Both the position numbers and the translations under genes were made by a program. A stretch of DNA of 63,816 nucleotides, the filler included, from Streblomastix strix (lineage: Eukaryota), in the NCBI GenBank assembly GCA_008636045.1. It is 2 parts of 2 records of this genome, joined end to end, with 100 filler letters (N's around TTAATTAATTAA, not from the genome) between each part and the next. Parts side by side here need not be neighbours in the genome. Positions count along the whole stretch, not along the records: positions 31,977 to 63,816 come from SNRW01000076.1; 1 more part is not named here. The stretch is one strand, 5' to 3'. The notes below the pieces were generated by a model. The model did no database searches. It was not told the DNA's origin and was given only the letters and a program-made list of their open reading frames with translations. Shown here piece by piece: positions 42,330 through 56,514 of this stretch. Position 1 is the first letter of the stretch; every line of letters begins with the position of its first letter.

Positions 42330-45300
42330 ATTTTTTGTATCAAAGTTTTATTCCGCATCTCCTTTTGAGACTCCAATTTCATTCATCAAAAACTTTTTAT
42401 GGTACAGATTAAATATCATTTAAAGACTATTTGACCATTCAGATACTTAGTTAATCCATTGTTCAAATACTCCATTTCTATCAAATTAGATAAATTTCTT
42501 AATGCATCATTCGAAAATCTTATCCTGACTATTTTTTAAATTTTTATAATCAATGGAATTCCTTTCATTTTTTCCATATATTCCAATTTTTTTTATTTTG
42601 TAGTATTCAAATTCATTAATAAAACAATTTATTTCCATAAAAGATCCACCTATCTATATTGCAATAATTAAGAATATATATTATTAAAACAAGAATAATA
42701 TGTGCAATACTACTTTTCTTTTACTTCTATTTTTGCTCAAAACCAATTTATTTCAACCATTAAAAAAGTATATATTTCGTTTGAATTTATTAGTTTATCC
42801 AATTCAGGTATATAATCACAGCATATATTATGTATTAACAAAATAGCATCACTAACATCCTTTGTATCTGGAATACAAAGAGATATAACATCTACAGCGC
42901 TAGATGGTACTTCAATTAATAGTATTGATTGCACCTATAGCTGTCTGCATACGCAGATATTACAAGTAATTGACATTACTTCACTTCTCAAAATTCTGAT
43001 CTAGTCAAATCCTTTTAATATCGGATATTACACTTTTATATCTTTTCCTTCTACTGATGGCTGAGTTATTCAAAGTAAATAGATGATAAGCTGTATTGTA
43101 AAAGCACTACAAACTTATTTAATTATAGAATTATCATATAACGCTATATGTGATATTAACCCAAATACACTAAATACTAATGGTAGATAATCTAATACAA
43201 TTTAAATACGTTTTGGAAAAATGTTTATATTTACATATATTTAATTAATAATAAATATAAAATAATTATATAAAGTAAACCTAGACTTATGAACCTCTTA
43301 ATGCTCCAATTGTTTACAAGGTTTCAACAAAATCTGAAATCATCTCAAACTCAAATTCATTTGCTATATCTGCAATTTTCAGAACTTTGCAAAGAATTAC
43401 AAATGCGTAATCAGCTTTAGATGAGACACCACAAAAGTGTCGTCTATCTATATTATTAACAAGAAATATTGAATACACAACAATAGGATAAGGTTCTTTA
43501 TAAAATAAATTTATAAAATTCCTTTTCTTTTTAAATGTGAGATAATGAAGAAGGAGATGATATTTATGTGGAAGAAATTGAAGAAGAAGAATTTGATGAT
43601 GATGAAGAAAATAAATTTTTATCTTACTAATTTATTTAATTATTAAATAATACTTTCTTTTCTTCCTACTTTTTTTCTTTCTTCATTAATTCATTTTTTG
43701 ATTCAGGTTTTACTTATCTTATATTCTTCTTATTCTTATTATCAGATTTAGATTTTTAAGAATTATCACTGCTCCTTTCAGAATTATCATCTTAATTTTA
43801 GTAATTATTATTATTCTTTATTCTCTCTTCTTTTAAATTTTTTTTCTTTTAATCTTGTGTATATTCACTTTCCTTTTAATTTATTTTATTTTCTTCTCTT
43901 TTTTATATTGTCTTTTTTCCATTTTCTTTATTTTATTATTAACTATCACTTTAAATTGCAATTAAAGAAGAAGTTGTTGATTCATATTCTATTTAAGAAC
44001 TATTTATTGAATGACAATATGATGATTTGCTTTTGATTTCATTATCTTGTTCTTTAAATTTCTTTTTCTTATCTTTTTTATTTCTTTTTCTTCTTTTATT
44101 TTTCTCTCTTTTCTTAATTTATTAATTATAATTTCCTATCTTTTCATTCTCTTCAAAATTTGTTTATGAATTGTGTTTTTAATGGTTCTTTTACTTCTTC
44201 CTATTTAATAAATCGTTTTCACTACTTTATTCAAAATAATCATCTTTCTAATCAAATTAATTGGAATCAATTTAATCTGTTTTTAAATTTTTTTTCTTTT
44301 CTATTTTTAATGTTTATTACTCGATTTTGCACTTTCAGATAATGATAATGATTAATGTGAAGAAAATTATCTCAATTAATCGATCTAAAATTATTTAATT
44401 TATTCATTATCATCTTTTATTTTTCCTAATATTTAACTTTATGCTTCTTTATTATCATTTTTTCTTTATTATATTTCTTATTCATTTTCTTTTTCTTTTA
44501 AATGATTTTCAATATTACTTTATTATTCTTTTTTAATTCTAATTTAAATATCATTACTAATATCTTTAATATTTATAGACATTTCACCATATGATGAGCA
44601 AGGAATTGATTCATTTGAATTATTCAAGGAATTCTCATTATTTTCTGATCTATCTTTTTTATTTGTTGAATAATCACCAGCATGAGGAGGTGTGAGAATT
44701 TATGAATAGGGCCATTTTTTGGTGGTTCCTATTATATTTAATAATATGTATAATAATAAATAAATATTATACTAAAAAAAAAATAAATAATAAATACAGA
44801 AATAAAAATATTATCATACTGTTTGATTCCGAGCATGAAATAATAAGCTATTCAAAAAATTTTGATTCTCTACTAATTGCATCTTATTCAGGATTCTCAG
44901 TTTATGAAAGAACTACATCTTGGAATTCAGGTTATTGTGAAGTTGTTTATGAAGATTGACATAATTATTATGATTATTTAGATTAAAATGGTAGTTATAA
45001 CGCTGATATTGGAATTGATTATAAGTATTTTTGTGTTGAACGAATTTGTTATTATTGTTATGAAGAATATTACTAATTATTATTATTATCTTTTGGTTCA
45101 ATGGTTATACTATCTTAAATATCATTTGGAGACCTAATAAATTCATATTTTTCCTAATTGATTCCTTTTTGATTAAGAATGAAACAAGCAAATAAAATAT
45201 TTTATATTAAAAAATTTATAATTAGTGTTATACTCTAAGGAAGCTGGTCTTCAGACGTGGTTGGACTTCTAACAAATATTCTTCTATGTTCAGCGCCGCT

Positions 45301-45870
45301 TGACGATTCTTAGTCAAGTGGTTCGTCAATAAATTTGCCTGAATACTCTAAATTATGATAGCTTAATGAAGAAATTTCTACAAATGTATTAGCAGGAACA
45401 GTAAGAATCGGCACTTAAAATTTATTTACTTCGCAAACTAATCACATAACCATAGTGTGTAATAAGGTATTTTATATTATATATTCAAAGTAAAAATAAT
45501 GAATAGTTTTTCAAATTAATGCAATTATCAATATACCGACTATTTATGCATCAGGATACGGAGATTAAGTTCTGTTTTGCGAATCTCAATCAACAGCCTC
45601 TTGTTCGAGTGTTCCATCATGTAAATCGTTTTATAAGCAAATAAATTGCAATGAATTATAACCGAGCATTCAAAGTGTATGGACAGTTTAAAAAGTTATC
45701 AATCAAACTAATGATTTTGATGGGATTTTCTATCTCACAAATAATTATAACATTTTAATACCAAATAAATTCATATTTAATTTAATAAAAAATTTTTGAT
45801 TGAATTAAACTCATTTTGATACTTTATTATCAAAATCTGTTCAAAATTTGGACCAACGATTTCTCGCCAT
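42330..45870 (-). pseudogene. Multi-exon hypothetical gene with a K/E/Q-rich middle, truncated by the DIRS insertion
   Basis: Code-6 exons with several in-frame TGAs. The last exon (KIGIYGKNERNSID...FDTKN) is homologous to 62380-62620. Confidence 0.5.
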
Positions 45871-46206
45871 CTAAAATGTATAATTGTATAATAGCTAGAA
45901 TTATTAGAACTAATAACTAATGTAATATGAAATATTTTGAAATATTAACATTTTTCTATTTATATGCTGAGATTGAATCGTAATTTTAAATAATCATTAT
46001 TTTCCCACCGGCACTATTTAATTTTTATAAAATAATTAATATTAATATCATAAATTTATTTTAATTTTATATTCTTACAAATTACATTAATTAATTGATT
46101 ATTTTCCTTTATCTTGGAACTAAAATTTTTTAAACTTAAAAACTCAGTATTTCCTTAATCTGAATTTAATTCGATAATAATTTCATTATTTTTATAATTC
46201 ACAGAT

Positions 46207-47159
46207 ATGGGGAATTAATAATCTATCAAACAGCAAGGAGTTGAAAACATTTAATAATCATCTTTAGTTGAATATAACAAAGAATTTCCTCTAATTGAAA
46301 AAATTGAGTTCTACAGGCTTGATAATGAATTTATTTTCTTATTAATTTATTTTTGTATTATTTCACTTAGATATGATGTAAATGGAAATTCTTATTTAAA
46401 TCCCTTCAAGACGTTTAATCAAACTGGTATAAATCAATATAATTCTATTCAAATTCATTTACATATATCATTTCTTCCAGATCTGAAAATTTCGTTATCA
46501 ATATCCCTTTCACGCATTCATGTATTTTTATCTATTATTATATTAAATATATTTATAAACAAAATGAAATAATTATCTTTTATATCAAATATTCCTTTCT
46601 ACAGGATGACAACCATGCAATTTAGTTTATTTGGATTATGAAGTTTTTATATTATTTTATTTGAATTAAAATGTTTTTTTATTTAACTGTTATTAATTGC
46701 TATTAATAGAATGTAGTTAGGAGCATGTTATGAATATATTTTATTTTTGATATTTTCACATGTTTATTTATTTATTTAATCTTATATTACATGATGTTAG
46801 TGGTGTGAAAATTTAATTAAAATTGCCGCTCAATAATAAATTATTAATTAATAACATTTATACTTCTGTTATATTTGTATTAACTCTGTTAGAAGTGGGA
46901 CTCTATATTTAAATAGTCAAATGAGATTTTATTGCATGAAGGCCAGAATATTATTAGCGATTATATAGATATCCTACTGTATGAATATGATTTAATTTAT
47001 TATAATGATATTAGTGCTTTGAAAATTATATTTTGGTTACTCAGGCGATGGCCAACTGGTTTGTATGAAGTTAGGATATACATTGACAAGAAGCTTGTTC
47101 GCACAGAATAGTTTTCTGTAGGTATTTAAGTTGACGCAGACAAAATGAAAAATGAATGA
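46207..47159 (+). CDS. Small multi-exon protein with an MGNQQS N-terminus and an Ig-like C-terminal strand motif; may be degenerate
   Basis: MGNQQSIKQQG (possible myristoylation); several short exons; ends RWPTGLYEVRIYIDKKLVRTEQFSV. Confidence 0.5.
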
Positions 47160-47479
47160 AGTAATAATTTGAATATTTTAAAAATTTTTAATAAAATATA
47201 ATATGTTCTGAATTATTTCAATTAATACTTTCAATGAAATTATTTCCATTTGATTTTTTTCTAATAAATAATTAAGTAATGAAATATAATGGTTATAATT
47301 AGTGTTGAAAAATAATAGTCAGTGTGCAATATTTACAATGCTTTCTGTTGTATATTTACTAACTTTGCTGGATCTTCGACCAATATTCTAATATATTTTT
47401 TGAAACTGATTTTAAAGATTCAAAATCATTTATTTTGTATATAGTTATTTAGTAGAATTTTAAATAGAATAATTTGAAT

Positions 47480-49300
47480 AATTTGATGCAATTTTTTTGG
47501 ACCACAAAAACAAAAACAGTTTTAGAAAAGTTGAAAAAATTTCAAATCATTCATTTTTCTGCACCTTGAAAGAGCAACATATAGTTATCCATGGGTAAAA
47601 ACTTACTATCTAAGATTAATTCCTACTAAATTCAGAGTATAACTTTGGGATTTATTGATAATCATAGCATAACAGAGTTTCAAAGGAAACTAATGACGAT
47701 GTAAAATCATTGGATAGTCCGTATCAGTTAAAGTGATATCCATCTTTAGAACGAAGACAGCAGTCCCTGCGTTTAGTCCAGTTTGAATGTTGCATTAAAA
47801 TACTGAAGGTTTAATTGCAATAACTCTTAGTCGTGTTCCATTGCAAAGTCCTAATTTTATGTTCATATTTCTTAGAAGCGTAACTGACGCAACAATTTTG
47901 ATATTTAGAATATGAGGAGGAAGTGCAGCTGAAGTGAGATTGTTGAGTACAACTGCTATAATTTCATATAACGATTCCCCATTTTTAATGTTGCTTTATC
48001 TGAACTGAGTAATTGAATTGGCTCGCACTTAAGCATTCTATGTAAGCAATCGTTAATATCATCTGAATCACTGTTTGTTGTACAAAGTATGACATCATTT
48101 GCTTATTAGTTAGTATTCAATATCTAATCTCCAAAAACATCCTTATTTAAGTTCTCTTAACTCACGCAAATGTTTGGAACGTCAGTCATTTCGTTTTTAT
48201 TTTATTGCATCGTCCGATTTACAATTTACGGAAGAAAGGAAGAAAACTCTTCTGATCCTTCTCCTGTTCTCATGATTTTCTTTAATTCTAGGCAATCAAA
48301 TTTTATCCATTAGTTTGATTTTTGAATTGAAACATTTACTTTCTAATTACGCCCTTCAAATTTAACGATTTGAAGGACTTACCTGAAATCTCCTCCAAAC
48401 ATCATCAGAACTTCTCCAAAATCTTTATAATTTTTCTAATTTTTTTCAATTTTTCATCAAAAGATTCAATATCTTACGTAACTACCATTGGAGCTTCATC
48501 CCATATTATTACATCAATCAACTATAACTAATTTCACAATAGTTCATTTTTAGCTTAAGTAATTTTTGAAGAATTTTTGGAGGAAGTTAGTGGTACTGGA
48601 AGTTTGAAAAGGCTATGAGAGCATTATCCTAATGCTAAAAAACAGGCAGCAATTCATGTCCATGCGCATTTGAGAATTTTTTGCTTATTAAATTGACTAT
48701 TTTGTTAATATAATTATAAAGAAAAGTCTTTCCAGTCCCAGCTGGGCCATCAACGAAAATTAGTCATGAATATTGAAGATATGAATTATTTAATATTCCA
48801 ATAATCAACTATACAATTTCTTTCTAATCATCATTTAATTAATCCAGTTATTGATTCATAGATTCTAGCAGATTATCTTACTATAATAAGTCAGTAGATT
48901 AATAATTTTATACTTCATTCCAATTTAATACATGACAGAGATTAACGGCATGATTTTATAATATAATTTCCAGATCGTTAAATGCATCTTCTTTTGCTAA
49001 TTCAATTTCATGAACAGAAGGCATTTATTCAGAAGTATTAATGATTTGCTGTCTTTAATTAAGAAAGTCCTCAGATAATTGCAATGAAAACTCTGTCCAT
49101 AATTGAGCTGGATTTTTTGGTGAACATTCTTTGATAATGACAATTAGAAGATATCTTAAGGCAGAAGGTATTTGAAATGTGCAAACTTCAAGCAATGTAT
49201 GACGTAATAATCTATCATCTTCTAATAACCCACTTGCTGCTGCATCTTGAAAAGTTTCATAATATATTTAATCAATTTTTAAAATTCCAATAATAAGTTA
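47480..49300 (-). mobile_element. Helitron RepHel remnant (PIF1 helicase), pseudogenised
   Basis: TFQDAAASGLLEDD, DGPAGTGKTF, HSLFKLP, IIWDEAPM, GGDFRQ, LPPHIL..LLRN..GLCNGTRL, QFPLKL, INKSQ and HGQLYVALSR, with frameshifts. Confidence 0.93.
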
Positions 49301-49699
49301 TCCCGAATTTTTATTCTCTTTCATATTAACTCATATTGAATTCTGTTAGTTTCTAGAATATTGCTCCCGTAATCATTTGAGTATATTCTTATTATGTTAT
49401 TTATAGTTTTATATATATTATTTCATCTTATTTATTCAATTTTTTTTATTTTATTTATCAATTCCTTATTAATTAATTAATTTAATTGAATTTGTTATAT
49501 TTTAATTTTTCAACTTATCCAGTTTATTTAACTTTTATTATTTATTATTATTAAATAAACCTTTTCCTAGAATTTATTTTATTTATAGATCTTATTACAA
49601 ATCTATTATCATATTTTCTTTTTCCATAGATTTTTACTATTGTTATTCAATATCTTTCTCTTTCATTTTCTCCGGTTACTCATATTATATTCCCTTTTT

Positions 49700-51904
49700 A
49701 TTCTACCTAGTTTGAACTTCCTCTTTTTGGATTGGAGTTTAATCATTTGAATTAGAGACTTAATCAATCTTATTAGCAATTTATTAACTGAATTAGTTAT
49801 TATTCAAATCCAATATTTTGTCTTTATCACTCATGGGTTTATCTTTATCAGTTGATTTGTTTTCATTATCTCTACAATTATATTAATTTTTATGTTAGGG
49901 ATCTTAAACAATTTGTGATTGAATATTTGAATATATAATTTCAATCGTTACTTTTGTTTTTTTCAATAATCTCTTAATTCCAATTAAAATCTACAATTGT
50001 CAAAAGAAGATCCTTACTATCATATTCATCTTCTTCACTAACACTTTCTTCATCATATAAATCAATAACTATTATTGATTTTTTCAAGATTTATGAAGAT
50101 TATTTATTGCTAGATTTTGATCTTTTTAATATATCAGATTTTTATAAAACAACTTCTTCTTCGTCGTCACTTTCATCATCTTTCTTCCAATTGTTTTTAT
50201 TTTCCTCATCAATCTAATTTTCATTTTAAAGAATATTCATTTTATCTTTATCATCATTTTCTTCTTCATCAATTTCTTCTTTAGTTTCTTCAATAAACAC
50301 ATTTTTTGATCCTCCCAGTTTCTGTTTTTCATTATTTTATTCCGTGAGTTCATTTTCAATTATCATCTCTTTTCTATTTCTTATTAAATAACTTAATATA
50401 TGTACGATTTTCAGTTAAATGTCATCATAAATTCGAGGTTGTTATACAAAAATTTCCTTAGGAAAACTTGGAAGATTTTTAGTTAAATCTTAATTTAACA
50501 TTTTGTACATTCTAAGAGGAATGACATAAAATGCAAGTGCTAGGAATCTACTTCTTTCAGTAAGAATATTATCATTAATTGTTTAATTTTCAATGATAAA
50601 GATGAATTCATAAAGGTTTTAATCGTCTTTGAATGGTTCAAACAGCTTCAATTGATTATAATATATTGCCACTTCGACAATTATAGGAAAAACTTCACAG
50701 ATTGATATATTTTCTCGTCCAAATAATGAAATAGCCTAATGTATTGGATCAAACAAAGCCCATACTATTACACATCTATTAATTTTAGCTATTGAATTTG
50801 GAATTGCAGCTGAAATTCTTTTCCATTTTCTTGCAACCACTTATGATATTTGTGATGAAATCGCCCATCTCGTACAAATAAATGCAGGGCATCTTGCTTA
50901 AATCAGTCGTGTTGCATCTTACATTCGAAGATTTAAAGATGTTGTTTTTACATTTTTCATTTAATCATCTAAATACTTAATGTGCAAGCGTGCATAGATA
51001 ATTTGCAAATCAAAGACATAACGCATACAGGAGGAATGATGTACTAATGGTTTCCATTTCTATGAGCTATATTTGGTATATCCATCTGGATTTATAGGAG
51101 TTAGAGCTTCGACATGATATCTTATAGCGTCAGTTACGAAAAATGAAGGTATTATTCGAATCCTAATTATATGATCATTAAGGAATGTGCCATGTTTAGA
51201 GTAGTCGATTTTCTTTGATGATTAAATTTCCTTTATATCAAGAATTTTCGACTACCTCTTGAGATGAAGTTGCGATTAGAAATCATTTATAAAATGCTTT
51301 CCTCCAAAATTTCCTGCATCTAACGGTACAGAAGAATATTCATCTTGCAACTATATAAAATTCTTTATTCTTAATTATTCACCTATTATTCAAATATCCT
51401 TACTAAGTGGGATTCTATTGAAATGAGGAAATACATTCTCAAGTGGAGTACCACTTTTCTCTTATCCTATTCTTGACGACTCTATCAAAAGATTCCTAAT
51501 TGCAATTGATTCAGTTTGTTTCAGCGAAAGGCCACAGTCTGCTATAATCGAAGCCATGTACATTGTTAGTTTTTTTTGGAATTGTGGAGATTTATTTCTA
51601 TTTAACAATCATCTTCTATTATCCAACAACCATTGATTCTGCAATTCCAAGCTGTTCCTTCTTAATACATCCATGCTAAAAGTCATTCCTTCGACAAATC
51701 ATCTTTCATTATTAAAAATTTATCCTTAAAATTTTTCTTTGCAAATACTTTGTTTTTGCAATTTTTCAAAATCTGACTTCCTTCTTTATTGCAATATTAA
51801 AATTTCAGAACTTTATATATTAATTTTGTTGTAATTTCAGAATTGTCAATAAATTCGTCGTTACGAATTGGATGTCGTTGAATCCTTGCTGCGGTATTTT
51901 TCAT
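49700..51904 (-). mobile_element. Divergent hAT-like transposase, decayed
   Basis: PLDAG, FFVTD, SCMRY (CxxH position), CPAFICTRW and LAFYVIP, with in-frame TGAs. No termini identified. Confidence 0.6.
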
Positions 51905-54900
51905 GAAATCTATTAGTTGAATTAAAAATTACTGATAATATGGAAAATATTTAAAGTATTTATAAATAATTTGTGAAATGTAATAAAAATAAAGAAAATT
52001 TAATATTTAAAATAAAATTTTATATTTATAATGATATATATCATAAATATTTTAATTTAAATTTAGATTTTTAGCAAAAACTCAATTAAATGTTTAAATG
52101 TATAATTCATGAAAAGAATTATTTAATTTTGAATATTATTAATGATTTTTATCAATAGTTGTATAATATTTTAGTAAAACGAAACATATTTAATAATTAT
52201 TTTATGAAACATTATAAAATAAATATTACTTTAGAAGATAACACTAACGATTTATACTATCTTAAGAAAACCAGTTTTTTTCTGAAATATTCATAATTAT
52301 ATTTTAATCTTTAACTTATTTAAATAAAATAATATTTTTTTACTTAAATATTTATCTCGGACAAATCAAAAATGTCAGACAAACAAATAGAAACTTTCAA
52401 AAAATTTTTTTATCGTGCTTATTAAAAATTTATTTAATTAAGAACATAAACGAGGAGGAGATTTTAGCGGCACTAAGTTAACCAGAACAAGTTATTAGTG
52501 TTGATTTGTTTAGGCCTGTTTAAATTCATCAAACCAATTTCAAATGACGTACGAGGTTGTCTAAGATATTTTTATTTTTGACGAATCATACTTTTCAATC
52601 AATTCACTTTTAAGATTTGCATTTGTTGATATACATCTTACTATTTCTTTTAAACTGCATTTCATTAACTGCTGTTATTATTCTACGATATTTAAATGTA
52701 ATATAAAAAATAAGTTAAATTCATAATTATTATAAAATAAATAATCTTTTTATAAATATAAAAATTATTAAAGATAAATTAATTTTTTTTAAAATATAAC
52801 AAAATTTTTTGATTAATATAATATTTAAAAAAAGTGAATTGAATATATTATTGAAATATATTCTAATAATATAAATGTAGTAATATTAATCAGTGGAATC
52901 TTGACAAATTTTATGTTTGGAAAATAAAATAACAATTTGTGATATTTTAAGAAATGTAAGCACTTTCAATTGGTAAATTTTGATGATATAAAATTTAAGT
53001 ATTATTTTATATAAATTTTAGTAAAATTTTTGGTGAAATATTATGCTATTCAGTCATTAAATCAGTTTTTTAAAAATATATTTTTTGTTTGATTCAAGTT
53101 TAGTAATTGTTATTGGAATGATTAATTTATTATTAAAAATGTATTTATTATGCAAATAATTGACAAAAACAAACGAAATATTTTGATTAAGAATCAGAAT
53201 CCGCAAATCCATTATTTTTGATTTCTATTCTATCAAAGATGAATTAACTTTTCAAATATATTTAATTTTAAAAAAAATACTAAATTTTACGTGAAAATCA
53301 AATTGCGCATGGAAATTGTAACCTGTAACTTTCACAATTTAACGGATGAAACCTCCCGTCACAATTTATTTGAGTGATGGAACGCATAAATTTCGCTACA
53401 CTTGTTCAGTAACTTGTATTAAATAATTTGAATATATGTCTAAAAGTTTACATTCTCGGTGTATAAATTTTTTTAGAATTAATTGATATTGTTCTAAAAA
53501 GAAAAATAAATTTATGTTTTTTTTTCTTTTTTTTTCAAACTAATCGAAACAGTAAGATTTTATGATTGCAACATATTTAAATTTATAAATATCATCAATA
53601 TAGTTATATTTTAAAAATACGACATAATTATCATTTAATTGCTTTCAAGAAATTAATTGTTTGATGTTTTCGTCAAAATTTAATTGGAGTGTAGTAGGGG
53701 ATTTTTCCGCCGCAAAAAATTTGGCTCTATGCTGCTAAAAATGAGACTTGTGCGTGCTGCATATTTAACCTTATATTAATATTATATAATAATTATATAA
53801 TATAAAAATGATAATTGAAACCTTGCGAACAGTCAATTGAAGAAATAGAAATATTATTTATTTTTAATTTATATTTCTTTAAGTGGTCATTTTTTTTGTT
53901 TCAAACGCAATTATAATTAAGTAATAAATGATTATATATATTATATCTAAACTAATTTCTTTATTTAAACATTAAAATGAAAGAAAGAAAAAATTTTTAA
54001 AATTTTTAAACAATATTATATGTAATGTTTAACTATAAAATATAATTTATAAATAATATTTAAATATTTTTAGAAATATTTTAAAAGTTAAATTTCATCA
54101 AAATAAAAAATTAAAAATTTTCTTTTTTTTATTATATTTTTTTCAAATTTTCCTATAAAAGTTCCGCGCAAGTCAAGCGCGGTTGGTGCGGAAAAAGGTA
54201 GGGGTGGAAGAATATGACATGAGTGACACGAAAAAATGACCATGTCAGTCACTCACCGAATTAAATGTCACCCACCCTTTAAAAAACACAAAAAAGAAAA
54301 AGAAAAAATTTATTATGAAATATATCTAATTTAATAATAAAACCGCTAAAATTATATAAATTACAGCAATTATTGTATAATGGCATATATATATATATAT
54401 ATATATATGATATTTATAAGCACATATACTAATTTTTAAAACATATAAAATTTAGTTGAATTATAAAACAATATGCGCGTTTTAATCATCAAATTGCAAA
54501 ATTGAATAAATATATATGTGAATAACGCTGAATCAAAGTTGCATTGTCATGATTTCTAAATTAAAAAATAATTAAAATAACAAAATATTATAATAATATT
54601 CATTTTGCTTCAAATATTGCAGCAAAAAATGAAAATAAAGTTTGTTTTATTGAAAATTAATTTGTTTTTTAATAAATATAGTTTGATGAAAGAAATATTA
54701 TTTAGTTATATTAAAATTATTCATATAATAAAATTGTAATTTAATTTAACTTATGAAAGTCCCATTTCACTGGTTAATTCACTAATTAATCTCGATTTTA
54801 ATGTGAAATTCTTATATTTCATATTAATTAATCAAATCATTTTGAATATTCATAATTATTATTGATAATGGTTAAGAATTGATTAACTAATAAAAATAAT

Positions 54901-56514
54901 GAATTTTAAATATAGTTCGGTGCTGTTAACGTTACAGTGAATCGTGATGATTGGGTGTGAAAACCCTAAGTCTAACATGTTATTTTATATTTAAAATATT
55001 GTGATACACACTATAAATAAATAAGCAAGTAAAAATATTAAATAAATTCACACAGAGTGGTTGTTTCCGTGGAGTGAAATCAGCGGGTGACAAAGTGTGA
55101 CAAAGTATAACAATGCCACAAAGTGTGGCATTGTCACCCGATGTGACACGATATTACATAAGATTCCAACTGCATGCTATGATGTATATTTTAGTTATAT
55201 AATTCAAATAAAAATTTATTCCACTATATAAATATAAAATAGAAACCTATTAGCTAAGAAAAATATTTTATTCGAAAAGATTAATTTCTGGTTATTATAA
55301 ATATTTCAATTTTTTATATGTTACAATTTTTTTATTAATTATTTAAATTATAATTTTAATATTTCAGTTGAAATTTAAACTAAAACAAAAAACTAATTTT
55401 TTTTAATTTTTTTCATCATAACTCAAAAATATTCATCCATTTGTTGAAGTTTGAGTTTAGAATGCCTTATATGGATTCAATTGTATGGAAGTTCTGAAGT
55501 ATAACGCACTCTTATGAATAAATTATAATATCTTAAGAATTCTCTTCTTGAAGGGCTGAATTGCACAATTAACGAATCTGAAGTAAACAATTAAGTGTTC
55601 AATTCTGCACTTTATTGTATTTCTGATTTATTATCTGTTTTATATCGAGGCGCACTTTGGTGCAAAGCTTAACCAGAATTGTTCAAATAAGTGGAAGTTG
55701 AACAAGAAGGTGAATGTGCTTTAGAAATTATAGAATCACTTATATTCTGTTATTGTTGCATACCACGTATTTGGAGCTCAAATATTTATTTTTGAGACTG
55801 TCAGCCAAGCAATATGGGCCAGTCAATAAACCTAGATTGTTCACGAACATGAAATGAGTATAGATATTCAATTATACAAATTATACAAATAAATTCAAAA
55901 ATAAAATAATAATAATATTTAAACGTTAAATCATAAATTATTAATCATTTCTATCAAGTATATGCGTTTATGACTGTTTATTTTGAATTGGGCTCCAAAT
56001 TATTTAAATTTGCACATTATCCATTCTTTTGGAGTCAACAAAATTAGTGTAAATAAAGTTAGTTAAATGCAACTAATGTTGATCTAACTGAAATACATAA
56101 ACAAGCAAGTATAACATAAGTTGAAATTAAATTAATTAAAGATAGTTATGTTATGCTCTCATATTAATTAAATAATAATAAATTAAGAAAAATTTATGAT
56201 CAAAAACATCTAAATCAGATAAATAAATGATACAATTCTATATATGCAACAAATAAAGCTAAAAACTAATCTATATAAATATCCAAATAGTGGAGTAGCA
56301 GTAAAGTGTGTGTATGAAAGAAATCTACCAAAGGGCGGGATTAAACATATCATTGAAGAAGTAGTGAACTTATTAATGTCTATAGATTAATATTTAATAA
56401 TTGGATTAGGTAAATGGTTGAGCTCCAAAAACATGGTATGCTACAATAACCACTGACGTAACTATTTAAGCAACCACTTAGATTTGGAGCTCCCATATAT
56501 TTTAGAGACTGATG

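Noticed and set aside
47480..49300. Cellular PIF1 helicase
   Set aside because: The upstream GLLEDD/LR.L segment is typical of Helitron RepHel, and the frame is broken.
52372..52680. Short ORF-like segment MSDKQIETF
   Set aside because: Short, closes at TGA after ~43 codons and shows no identifiable homology.
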